DNA from: Intoshia linei
Taxonomy: Eukaryota; Animalia; Orthonectida
DNA: 39,199 bases
NCBI GenBank assembly: GCA_001642005.1
Contig: LWCA01000219.1
Coordinates: 1-39,199, forward strand
Direction: 5' to 3'
Part shown: piece by piece, positions 15,401 through 25,720 of the stretch
Numbering within the stretch: the first letter of the stretch is position 1
Layout of the letters: the number at the start of each line of letters is the position of its first letter
Translations under genes and position numbers: made by a program
Notes under the pieces: model-generated
What the model saw: only the letters and a program-made list of their open reading frames with translations
Databases searched by the model: none
Told to the model about the DNA's origin: nothing

Positions 15401-15545
15401 AAATGTGAAATTTTCACAAAATGAATCGGAGACTCTATTCCCTATCCAAATCAATAATAATGTGACGAACTCTCCCATCAACGATAAAAATATTTGGAAC
15501 TGGTCTAATTGGAAAAATGATAATGAGAATGACCCTACCAATTGA
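3474..15545 (+). CDS. ANKHD1: Multiple ankyrin repeats single KH domain protein (MASK / ANKHD1-ANKRD17 ortholog), multi-exon
   Basis: Two ankyrin blocks are separated by a Q-rich coiled coil (exon 4595-7668). Diagnostic motifs: EINARTGSKLGISPLMLASMNGH, AQIETNKNTALTLACFQGR, and EHRSK|SGLTPLMEAASGGY across intron 7669-11273. A basic NLS-like stretch ARKREKRKNRKNK and a KH domain SKKVVVPAGAISRVIGRGGCNINAIRESSAAHIDVDK (~13628-13770) follow. Small 5' exons at 3474-3611, 3647-3714, 3755-3845 and 3885-4026; stop TGA at 15543-15545. Confidence 0.93.
4212..4422. mobile_element. MITE, probably hAT-type, in a MASK intron
   Basis: TIRs CGGGGCCGTGGAG / CTCCACGGCCCTG with near-duplicated flanks (TCGACAA / TCGACGAA). 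A related terminus lies inverted at ~21608-21655. Confidence 0.6.
8000..8260 (+). repeat. Copy of the dispersed 29-bp-unit repeat family
   Basis: Contains TTTTTACTAAAAATAAAAATTTACTAACCCTTAAGGGAAAAATCCA, matching 38700-38765. The segment 8200-8260 matches 18435-18495. Confidence 0.6.
10262..10490 (+). repeat. Dispersed repeat (unclassified TE fragment); inverted partner at ~29620-29820
   Basis: GAAAATGAAAAATAAGCC...GATGCGTAGTGTCACATAGTCCTAGCCA...CGGTACGGTAG aligns to the reverse complement of 29620-29820. Confidence 0.65.
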
Positions 15546-15628
15546 TGAGATAATTAAAAATATTTACATTTGGTCTAGTTTTAGAATTGTGAAAAATAAA
15601 TTTTGGCAAATTAACAATTTTATTTATA

Positions 15629-18141
15629 TTAATAATCCGTTGACTCGTTTCCAGAATCTGCAGATATCCTTTCCAATGTGTCTAAATTTTTAATATAAAT
15701 AAAAATTCATTTAATTTTGACTACCCTCGAATTATTAAAATTAATGAAAAGTTTACTCAAAATCAGGACCATGCTCTGAATACACTAAATTAGTTTCTTT
15801 TGTTTTTACGTCTACTTAAAAATTGATAGCGGAATAAAAAGTTCAGATGTATAATAATTCGTAGCTTTTTCATGTGGAACCCCATTTGAAAAACAATATT
15901 TTATACAGTGAAACCTCTTTATAAACAAATTATCATGCTTTTAAAAATATATCAATCATATATAATTTATTACATTTTCACATGTCAACAGCTTACGTTG
16001 TATGGAATTTTTATGACACTTATCACGCTTTTTTGATAATCAAAAAACAAATTAGTTGTTAAATTTTCAAAATCGTTTTTTTATAAAGAGGTTTCACTGT
16101 ATTAAAAAAGATTACTATTGTAAAATATTTTGGTCATTCTTGAATGCACGCAGGCTGCAGTGATTCTTGCTAAATTTTTAATTAAAATTGACCAATAAAA
16201 ATTACCTTCAGAATCTCTTTCCCAACATTCAGTGATTGTTTGTTTTAAATAAGCAAGGTTCTAGTTTTAATAAATACCGATATATTTAAGAATAAAACCA
16301 TTAACTTTGAAGAAACTTTTACTGGAAACGGTGGCCGTAAGTTGTCTCTAACAATTTCGATTTTTATATTTTCGAATGAACCAGCTTTATTAGTTTCTTC
16401 TTCAAAGGGTAGTCGATATTTCGGCGGTTGACCAGCTACAAAATCATATGATTCATATTTAAATTGAATTACAATCATAAATATCAACTGTCATTCTACT
16501 CATTTCCCATAAGACCATTCCTAAAGCATAAATGTCAACTTGTTTAAGGGCTGTAATGCAATCGCTCAAATCAAGAGCTCTTTCAAATAGTTCTGGAGCC
16601 ATATATCGCTTTGTTCCAACCTATCAAAATAAAAATTAGATAAGAATGTCTATACTTCGTTAATTTGATATTCGGATTTGTCACTAGAAAATACTGCACC
16701 ATCGCTAATGTTATCGTTATATTTTCCGATGCAACTTAGGTTAAAATCACATAAAATACACTCTTCTTCTTTATTAATTAAAATGTTGCGACTATTTAAA
16801 TCTCGATGTGCGACGGGTGGTTTGTACGACGCTAAATTTATTAACAATTATTAAATTAAATGATAGTAATTTTTACATGTATAAAAGTTAAGTGTTTCTC
16901 TTAAATAAAAAGTAACTAATATACCAGATAAATTGATAGTTGAATGAAGAAAAGCGACGGCTGCACTAAGGGATTTCATGAGAATCTTTAATTTGGCAAC
17001 ATTAACTTGATTGTATTTTAGGTAATTTTGAAGAGATCCATGTGGATGATATTCGAAAACAATAACCTTGTACAAGGTTAATTTTGATTTCACATTATTA
17101 TATGTTGGATGAGGAGTAATTGACAAAGATGAAGCTGAAACAGTGCGTATGATGGACATTCTGGCGTTAAGTTCATACTTTTTATTTTCTTGTGCACTAA
17201 GTTTTGACTTGAAGTTATTTAGACTTGGTTGCGGTATGCACGGTCCAAAATTCCCATTAAAGTCTACTTTAGGAGAAATATCATCATTCGATAGTTCCAA
17301 GGAACCTGCATCAATGAATCGTAAAATGTAGCGACTGTTACTCATACACGGTAAATTATAAACACTAATCTCATTCAAAAAATGTTTGCAGTGTTGAGGT
17401 AGTATTAACTTGACTGCAACACTTTCTCCCTTATAATCAGCCGTCCAAACAGAACCAAATCGTCCATTAGCAACATTGCCTTGAAGTGTCAAATTTTTAT
17501 CGAAATTAACGAGTAATGCGTGTTCATCATCATTAGTTGAACTTTTTTTTTTAATCAAACAAATCTTTTTGTACTTTATCAAATAAAACAAAACACTCAC
17601 TACAAAAGCAAATAATAGCATCAACGTCATTAAAGATATCGTTATATGAATATAGGTAATCTCTAATTGAGTGTTTGTTTTTGTAGGGTTCACATTCATA
17701 TAAGAAAATATAGGCTTCGGTAGGATCGTTTTTTCTATCGAGTTGCAATAATTTTCAAAACAACAACATGTATAATACCAATGACTTTGTTTGTCGGAAT
17801 GAATCTCATGTGATTCTGCTGTGTCGCAGCGTTTACATACGCTGTTTTTATTTCCACAATATTTGAGAACCGGGTGATAATTAGAATTGTCATATTTCAA
17901 AAGCAATGAACAACCCACGTGTTTTGGACAATATATTACACTTTCATCAACGTTATATGTTTCATACAAACTCTTATTGTTGGATACGAAATTGTAATTT
18001 TTGAAATTGCATTTCAAAAAATCTTGTTCTAAAGTGCATCATCAATATTTATCAAAAATTTAACAATTTACCCATTCCATTTTGCGACAGTAGAGTTTTT
18101 ATTGCTGCAAAAATTATATTTAAGAGTAAAAAATTTTTCAT
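15629..18141 (-). CDS. BMPR2: TGF-beta family type II receptor Ser/Thr kinase, BMPR2/wishful thinking-like, multi-exon
   Basis: Exon 18141-18072 encodes a signal peptide (MKNFLLLNIIFAAIKTLLSQ). Exon 18028-16925 has a Cys-rich ectodomain ending CCFENYCN, a TM helix, no GS box, GRFGSVW and VAVK. Exon 16831-16656 has YKPPVAHRDLNSRNIL, the BMPR2/wit-type catalytic loop. Later exons encode VGTKRYMAPE...ALKQVDIYALGMVLWE, YRLPFEEE and ECWERDSE|ARITAAC. Exons below ~16116 and the stop at 15629-15631 are tentative. Confidence 0.85.
15906..16099. mobile_element. 194-bp Tc1/mariner (pogo/Tigger-like) MITE
   Basis: Perfect 20-bp TIRs CAGTGAAACCTCTTTATAAA / TTTATAAAGAGGTTTCACTG, flanked by TA duplications at 15904-15905 and 16100-16101. 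Confidence 0.9.
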
Positions 18142-18299
18142 TGATATTTAAAAACTTAAAACATTTCGATACAATTCGTAATCATAATTCATAAATAGTT
18201 ATGGTTATTAGAATTTTATTACGTTGCTTAATTACAGGAGTCAAAATTTTTTTCAGTGCAAATTTAGAAAGAATGTATTTTCTGCACAATAATTTAAAT

Positions 18300-19865
18300 T
18301 TTAAAACGATCATTTTTTCAGTAATACAATGAAATTTTACTTACCATTTAGGGAAAATTCCACTTTTACCTATTATTGAAACTTAACTTAATACTATTTT
18401 TGATCTTTTATGAAACAGTTTATCCAATTTTATAAATCTTCGTAATTATACATTTATATAAATTCACAGTGACCCATACAATATATAAAATATATACTTT
18501 TTCAATTGAATAGGGGTAAAGGTAATAATAATTTATATAATGCAAAAAACATATCTTAAAAATTACAATTTTTTAAACTAAATGGATAACTATGTTTGCA
18601 TAAAGCAATCTAATTCAATACCCAAAATTAAAAAAATATGTTTGGGTCTTTTGTAGAATAAACTTTAAAAATAAAACTTTATTTAATTTTTAAAAAATGT
18701 AACTTTTGTAAATACATATAATAAAGTCTATGAATAATTACTTAGTTAAGAATGCATCAAGTGATTTAATAATATAATAATTACATTATTGCGATAAATA
18801 AAAAAAATTTTTTGAGTTATTAAATAAAGTGTAAGTTTTATATTTTATTCTAGTGCGCTTATTCTACAAAAGGCCCATGTATTTCAGAATCGCATGTAAC
18901 AGTAATTATGACAACATTATTATATTATTTATATAATATATTAAGGTGGTTCAAAAACAAGAAAATTTTTGAAATTGAGAAAGTACTTATGACATTTTGA
19001 TAAGGATGGTAAATAATGATGATTGGCTAAAAAATTAATTCGATTTGATTAATTTAACCTTTGGCACCCGAGCAGGGGAAATCTATAATATAGTATTATA
19101 TAATATAAATATTTTAATGGTAACTATGAAAATTAATTGACGAATATTAATTGAAACGTTCATCCATTAGTAAAATTATCCATTAGGCAAAAAAATAATT
19201 AGATTTCATAAAATTTCCATCGTCAACTGAACAAGGGAATAATCAATATTATCGAATTTGTATAATATTAATGTTTCAATGGTAGTCGTGAAAGTCGAGT
19301 GACGATTATTAATTAAAACGATAATCCAATGGGCGACGAAGGCAGATTTATTTTATGAAAAAGTAATTAAAAATAATAGTCGTATCGATTCGAAAGACTA
19401 GGTTTTTTAACTGAATATGTGATTTTTTATAGATTTTAAAATTTGGACCAAAATTAAAATAAAATAATTTTTAAATAATAAAAGAACAACAAATGTTTTA
19501 TAATTTTAATTTATATTTCATTTCATAATTTCATAATAAATCTATTAACACATAATAAATTGTTTAAAAAATTAGAATAATTTGATAATGTAATAAATAA
19601 TTTCCATTTTATTTGTTTAAGTTAAACTTCAACAATGAATTCTAACGTGTAACCAACACTACATTTTTATACTACAAAAATGTATATATAAGAAATGTAA
19701 ATTTGGTGATGAGTGACGAAGCAATAATTAATTTTATGCTGTAAAAATTTTTACAAGTCATTTTTACCCAATTTCCCTAATATATTACTATGACATACTT
19801 GGTAAAAGTGGAATTTTCCCTTAAGGATTGGTAAATATTGATTCTTAGTAGATAGTTGGATATTT
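18300..19865. repeat. Inverted pair of 29-bp-family termini (possible foldback-type element) between two divergent genes
   Basis: AGGGAAAATTCCACTTTTACC at ~18350-18370 recurs as an exact reverse complement at ~19801-19821, with flanking similarity to the family termini at 8000 and 38680. Confidence 0.45.
18643..18877. mobile_element. MITE, superfamily unclear
   Basis: TIRs TGGGTCTTTTGTAGAATAAAC / GCTTATTCTACAAAAGGCCCA (19/21 match); no clean TSD. Confidence 0.65.
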
Positions 19866-20239
19866 GAAATTTTAGTCAAAATTTTTGAATGATTCATATA
19901 TAAACTATTCGATTATTTTGAAAATTTTGAATCTGAAAGTTTCACTGTGAAACCGTTAATTTAACTTTATTTAAAGAAAAACTAATTGAGAATTGTATAT
20001 TTTGAAAATGATGAATTTAGCAAAAAAAAGTAAATATTGATTCTATTTTGAATGTAACTATCTATCTATCGTCTTGTAGTCCAATCTGTAATAAATATGT
20101 AAAATAATGATTACTAATCATTGATTAGTCATAATTTATGACAACACAATAATCAACATAGAGATTTTATCACAAATGAAAAACCTTATCAACCAAAGTC
20201 GACAATTAAACTTGTATTAAACTTAAAACCTAAACTATA

Positions 20240-21303
20240 ATGAAATTTATGAATACAGCTAAAGATAATAAATTAAAAAGAAAAAATAGAGGAAGAACAT
20301 CCGAAAGTGAAATGGAGGAAATATTGATGCATCACTCGAAAGGTATCAGTAATACCTACATTTCAAGAATACTTAAAATACCAAGGTCAACTATTGGGAC
20401 TATTATAAAAAGAATGAAAGAAGGTAAACCTTTTCTACCTCAAGGAGGTGACAGAAGATCACTTCTTACTGAAGAAAATAAAAAACTTTTACAAAGTTGG
20501 GTCGAAAAAGACCCTACCGCAACATTAAAAGAATTGCAGCAAAAGACTATGGAATTGTTGGGAGTAAAATGCAGCATAACTACAATAAAACGATCCTTAA
20601 AAACTTTTGATTATACCATAAAGAAAATTACCATAAAAATTGAAGAAATAAACGGTCCGTCAACAATCAACGATAGATTTATATGTGCCGACACGTTTAA
20701 AAAAATTACCAGCGATTTGAATGCAAAACAATGTATATTTATAGATCTCATGAATTTTACTATAGAATTAGTCAATAAACGTGATGGTTTATTTACTACA
20801 GGAGCCGATATAAAAACGCGCCATATTTTTATTCTTGCTTCAATGAACAAATATGGTATTATATCATTTAAAATTTATGAAAAAGTAATTAACTTGCAAA
20901 ATTTACAGCATTTTTTATTGAATATGAAACATGAACTTGTAAGAAACGAAATTTACGATCCCATATTTATCGTGAGTCAGGTTGTGTCTCAAAAATATGA
21001 TGGATTGACGAAAATACTTGAAAATGAAAAAATAAAAACATTTTATATTCCTCGCCATTCTTTACATATACTTTATCCTATTGAACAATGTTTTATCAAA
21101 TGGAAAAAATACGTTCAGTGTGATAGAGTTCAGAATGAAAATCAACTGAATCAGTCCATGGAAAATGGATTTGTGGTAATATTTTATTATTTATATACAT
21201 TTTGATCGTTTTTTAGATTATTACGGAACAAGATTGTACAGAATATTATAATGCCATGTTGGACTATCTTGAGAAATGTTTAAATAAAAAAATTATCAAT
21301 TAG
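20240..21303 (+). CDS. IS630/Tc1-transposase-derived protein, copy 1 (~340 aa; candidate domesticated DNA-binding protein)
   Basis: Exon 20240-21175, a 41-nt GT-AG intron (21176-21216), and exon 21217-21303 (IITEQDCTEYYNAMLDYLEKCLNKKIIN*). Paired-like double HTH with GGDRRSLL linker. RNase H fold with FIDLMNF, FIVSQV (second Asp lost) and ILYPIEQCFIKWK. Confidence 0.85.
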
Positions 21304-22092
21304 TCATTTTTTGTTGTTTGTCTATTTTTTAAATTTATTAACAATTAAATTATTGTAAATTAATCTTGTACCACTTCATTACAGTTATTTAAGTATTGAC
21401 CATCATATTGGATTAAAAGCATTTTATTAATTCAGTGAATATTTTTTACTAACGATTTGTAAAAACTATAATTTTCTAATAAATTTTAAATCAAAAGCTT
21501 TTATCGTCGAAAGTCAAGCCATTTAAAATTTATATTTTATAGAATTAATGATATGACTGAACCTGAAGATTTGTTTGATCTGTCTGAATTCTGATTTGAC
21601 ACATGGATAGGACCGTGGAGAGTCAGCAGTAGGTCCTGACCAGATGGAAATTGAATGCCCAATAAATTTTGATCAAAAATGGAAACCTCTATATCAGGGG
21701 TGCACAACATTTCCACAAATTCAGCCACAATGCTACTTTTTTCATTGATACTACGGCCGCACAAAATTTACTTCGATATTGAGAAAGTTTACTCTGGACC
21801 TAAATTTTAGGTCTAATAAAATAGTTTTCTTTAAATTTTAATATCAGCAAGTTTTAATTCATAATTTTCAATTAAAATTAATCCTTAATTCACTCATATA
21901 AATTAATACCCCATCTGTCATTTATCTGAATTGGAATAAATAGCAATAGTAGGATTAATGCAGTGCTTTTCGTGGGGTGACTGGTTATCCCTAGGGGTGA
22001 ATACCAAAATTTAGATAATTGTAGACGAATCTAAAATATTCTGCATATTTCATTTTATCAGCCAATGTAATATAATATTATGAGAAAAAACC

Positions 22093-22370
22093 AAAATTTT
22101 ACCAACCCTTAAGGAAGAAATCTTTCTTTACCAATATTTTTTTTAAAAATCCATTTTTACCAAAGTTTTAAAATAGAAACTACCCTATCTGATTCCAAAA
22201 AAAAAAGCCTAATTTTACCAACCTATAATGAAAAAAATCGCATTTACCAATATTTTTATGAAAAATCCCATTTTACCAAACTTTTATATCAATAATTCCT
22301 CCAACTGATTCCATAAGATAACCCTGATTTTAAAAAAATTTGAAAAATCTGCTTTTACTAAATTTTTTTT
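22093..22370 (+). repeat. Degenerate tandem array of the ~29-bp TTTTACCAA...GGAAAAATCC unit
   Basis: TTTACCAA recurs at ~29-bp spacing with a higher-order ~115-bp duplication; same unit as 38735-38918. Confidence 0.65.
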
Positions 22371-23135
22371 AAAAAAACATTAATCGTTAATTTTTCGGTA
22401 AATCATTAATAATCATTGGACAAAAAAAAGTTCCATTAAAAACCGATGTGTTGATACATTAGAGTGGAAGACATAAAAAAAGATATCAGTGACTGCCTTG
22501 ATTTTGTGTGCCCTTCGCTAACATTTGAAAAACTGGGGCAAAGTCAAGAATGTAACTTTTTGATGAAAAGATTTTAAATAGACCTTGAATAAAATCTGAT
22601 TTAAACTTTTCTATTTGAAGTAAAATGATATATTGCATTATGATCAAATGTATTGCCTGCGGCCGCACATAAACGCTCTACATAATACTAAAATCAATCC
22701 TAAAATTTTAAAAACGTAAATTCTGGGGCGCGTTTTAACATTATTACTATTGTCGTAAATTTCAACCTCAGAAACTTACATCTTCATGGTCAAACCCCCA
22801 AATTACGCGTTTTTTCAAAAATGAAAAAAGTTACAGCATTTTATAAGACTTAAATTTTAGATATATTTTAAAATCATAAGCATTATTATAATTCAAAATC
22901 TCAAAAAGTTAAAATCAATTAAAAAGTTGGCATCGACAAAGCTAGCTACCGTTTTAAGAATAATTATTCAATCTCGATAGACACCAATCAAAAATACAAT
23001 AACATGTAACACTACTTCAATCTGAATTGATCTATTTAACTATCTCTAGTATAAATATAATCAACATGGATACTTTATCATAAACAAAAAACCTAACCAA
23101 CTAAATTCGACAGTTAAACTGGAAATAAAATTAAA

Positions 23136-24690
23136 ATGAGTGCAACGAACGAAAATACAGAGAAATTGAAGAGAAAATATAGGGGAAGAACATCAGAAAG
23201 TGAAATGGAACTAATATTATTGCACCACTCGAGAGGTATCAGCAATACCTACATTTCAAAAATACTGCAAATCCCAAGATCAACTGTTGTGACTAATATT
23301 AAAAGAATGAAAGAGGGTAAACCTTTTCTACCTCAAGGAGGTGACAGAAGATCACTACTCAATGATGAAAATAAAAAAACTTTACATGGTTGGGTTGAAA
23401 AAGACCCGACAATAACTTTAAAAGAATTACAACAAAAAACTCTGGAATTATTAGGCGTAAAGTGCAGTCTAAGTACAATAAAACGATCCTTAAAAACCTT
23501 TGATTATACCATAAAAGTAATTTCTACGAAACCCCAACAAATAGATAGTTCGTCTATAATTGACGATAGATTTGTATCTGCGGATTTATTTAAAAAAATG
23601 TCAGCTAATCTCGACATAAAACAGTTTATATTTATGGATTTGATGCAGTATAGTATAGAACTAGTAATTAATAAACGTGATGAAGCTAATACAGAATCTA
23701 CATATTCATCAAAATCTGATATAAAAATACGCCATATTTTTATTCTCGCCGGCATGAACAAATGTGGAATCATATCTTATAAAATTTATGAAGATCCAAT
23801 CGACATGGAAATTTTTCAAAATTTTCTAATGGAGTTGAAACGTGAACTTTTACAAACAGACATTTGCGATCCAATCTTTATCTTTAATGATGCCATCTCT
23901 CAAAAGTATCATGGAATAACTAAAATGGTGGAAGATGAAAAAATGAAAGTATTTTATGTTCCTCAACATTCATGGTACATTCTTCATCCTATTGAACAAT
24001 GCTTTATCAAATGGCGAAAGTACGTACAGCGTGATAGAGTCCAGAATGAAGGTCAATTGAATCAATCCATGGAAAATGGATTTGTGGTAATATTTTATTT
24101 CATAAAGCGTTTTTATATTTGTTTTTGCACTTTTCAACAAATATAAAAATACTGAAGTGTAGTGATATATCGTTATATTACTAATCGAGATTTGAATATA
24201 TACTTTTGATATAACTCACTTGTGATATCTAACGGCAGAGTGGTTATAGTTATATAATTGTATTCTACGGGGCTAGGTTCGGATCCCGATTTGGACATCT
24301 TTTTATTTAAGATGAACTTATCTGAGTTCGTCTCTGCTAATCGTTATAGTAATTGTTGGAATTTTACCACTATCACTATTTTATCCCATTGTTCCTTGAC
24401 CCGATTAATAATAACTTACTATATATTATATATTATATATAATATATATTTATTTATTATTTTGTATTGTATTTTTCAAATCTGGATTTATTTTTGATTA
24501 ATTTTCTGCTTTTGAGAGTTCTTGAGAATCAATTTTAATTGCATCATGTCCCAGAAGTTTTAAGATTGAGGTTTCCATAAAATTGTACTATTTAATATTT
24601 TAGATTATTACGGAACAAGATTGTAAAGAATATTATAATGAAATGTTGAAATACCTTGATAAAACTTTAAATAAAGAAATTATTGATTAG
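23136..24690 (+). CDS. IS630/Tc1-transposase-derived protein, copy 2 (~345 aa; tandem paralog of copy 1)
   Basis: Exon 23136-24086, a 517-nt GT-AG intron (24087-24603) at the same codon position as copy 1 (ENGFV|IITEQDC), and exon 24604-24690 (IITEQDCKEYYNEMLKYLDKTLNKEIID*). Motifs FMDLMQY, FIFNDA and ILHPIEQCFIKWRK. Confidence 0.85.
24227..24298 (+). pseudogene. Degenerate tRNA-like sequence (tRNA pseudogene or tRNA-derived SINE head) in the intron of transposase-derived copy 2
   Basis: Pol III A-box-like CGGCAGAGTGGTTA (24233-24246) and B-box-like GGTTCGGATCCC (24276-24287) at tRNA spacing. Partial acceptor stem (ATCTAA/TTGGAC) and a following T-run. The anticodon arm does not fold. Confidence 0.45.
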
Positions 24691-24775
24691 AAATTATTCT
24701 TTTTCAATATTAAATTTTAAACACACATTTATGGTTTTAATAAATATGATTCACATCCTTACTTATATAAAATTA

Positions 24776-25142
24776 CTAGCTTGACTGTTATGTACTTCGT
24801 ACAAACAGTATACTAGCTCTGATGAGGGCGGACTTTTTTAATGCTACCAAAAAATAAAATCAAACTTAAAAATGTTACTATACACTATTATAAATCCTTT
24901 AAAGGAGTGATTCCTAGACTTAAAATTAAGTGGGAATAATTCACTTTAAATTAATCTTGTTAAAAGTTGTGAAAAGAATTTTGTGATCCCATTTTTTTAA
25001 TTTATTAGAGAGAATAAGTGTAAAATCATAAAAATCAAATAAAAATAGTACAATGCTAAAAATTGTCATAGATAGCTTTAATTCAAGAAATAATAAAATA
25101 GTTAAAACCTATTTTGTCAATTTCAATGTGACAATATATATA
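24776..25142 (-). mobile_element. Non-autonomous Helitron, copy A
   Basis: Minus-strand 3' end is the hairpin CTGTTTGTAC-GAA-GTACATAACAG followed by TCAAG-CTAG|T. The other end is TATATATTGTCACATTGAAA. No TIR or TSD. Homologous to 29923-30310 and 36318-36600. Confidence 0.75.
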
Positions 25143-25720
25143 TTATTTTGTTGAATATACTAAAACTGTTTCTCTTCAGTTAAAATTGAAATGTAAATTT
25201 TCAAAAACAGGGTCCGTATAATTTTTTGATATAAAAAACTGGCCCACGAGACGCAAAAGGTTGTCGACCTCTGGTATAGAACAATGTGATTATTTACAAG
25301 TAAAATAAAATGTTTCGCGACCACCTGTTGGGAAACGCTGTTCTAGGTGAGAACAGCATTCTAGGACTTAATTGTTGAATAATTTATTTATTTCATTAGT
25401 TTTTAGATTTTTCAGACATAATCAGTATTCTCCACCTTTAAACCATCAGAAATTTTTTTTGGAAAATTTTTCCAAGAGTCGCGCACTTTTGTACTCCCAG
25501 AGTGGTAGCATTGTCAAAAAGTTTTACATCGACTGGAATAATGTATCATAACACTAATGATATTCTGCATGAATGATGAATATAGCTGTAAAAAAATGGA
25601 AAATGATAAATAATAAAAAATCCTTGAAAAGTTATATTGTTTATTAATATATACAGTCAAGATTTTGAAACAATCTAAAATACAGTAATACCGTAGATCA
25701 GTAAGGTAAAAGTTAGTAAT

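Noticed and set aside
4827-17748. Short ORFs overlapping MASK and BMPR2 exons in other frames or strands (4827-5174, 5986-6270, 7137-7346, 11884-12120, 14693-15001, 17143-17331 etc.)
   Set aside because: Shadow ORFs of real coding sequence with no motifs.
20611-23773. Similar antisense ORFs in both transposase-derived genes (20611-20850, 23504-23773)
   Set aside because: Their similarity is explained by homology of the sense genes.
20240-24690. Fanzor/TnpB or other RNA-guided nuclease associated with the IS630/Tc1-like genes
   Set aside because: No RuvC/zinc-finger ORF or conserved downstream ncRNA-like region is visible near either copy.
24819-24840. CTGATGAG resembling a hammerhead ribozyme core
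   Set aside because: No stem II/GAAA follows, and the homologous Helitron copies read CTATGCGGAG and CTCTGCGAAG.
25400-25590. Possible extra or alternative last exon of SoxD
   Set aside because: A good acceptor is present but all frames hit early stops; at most a UTR exon.
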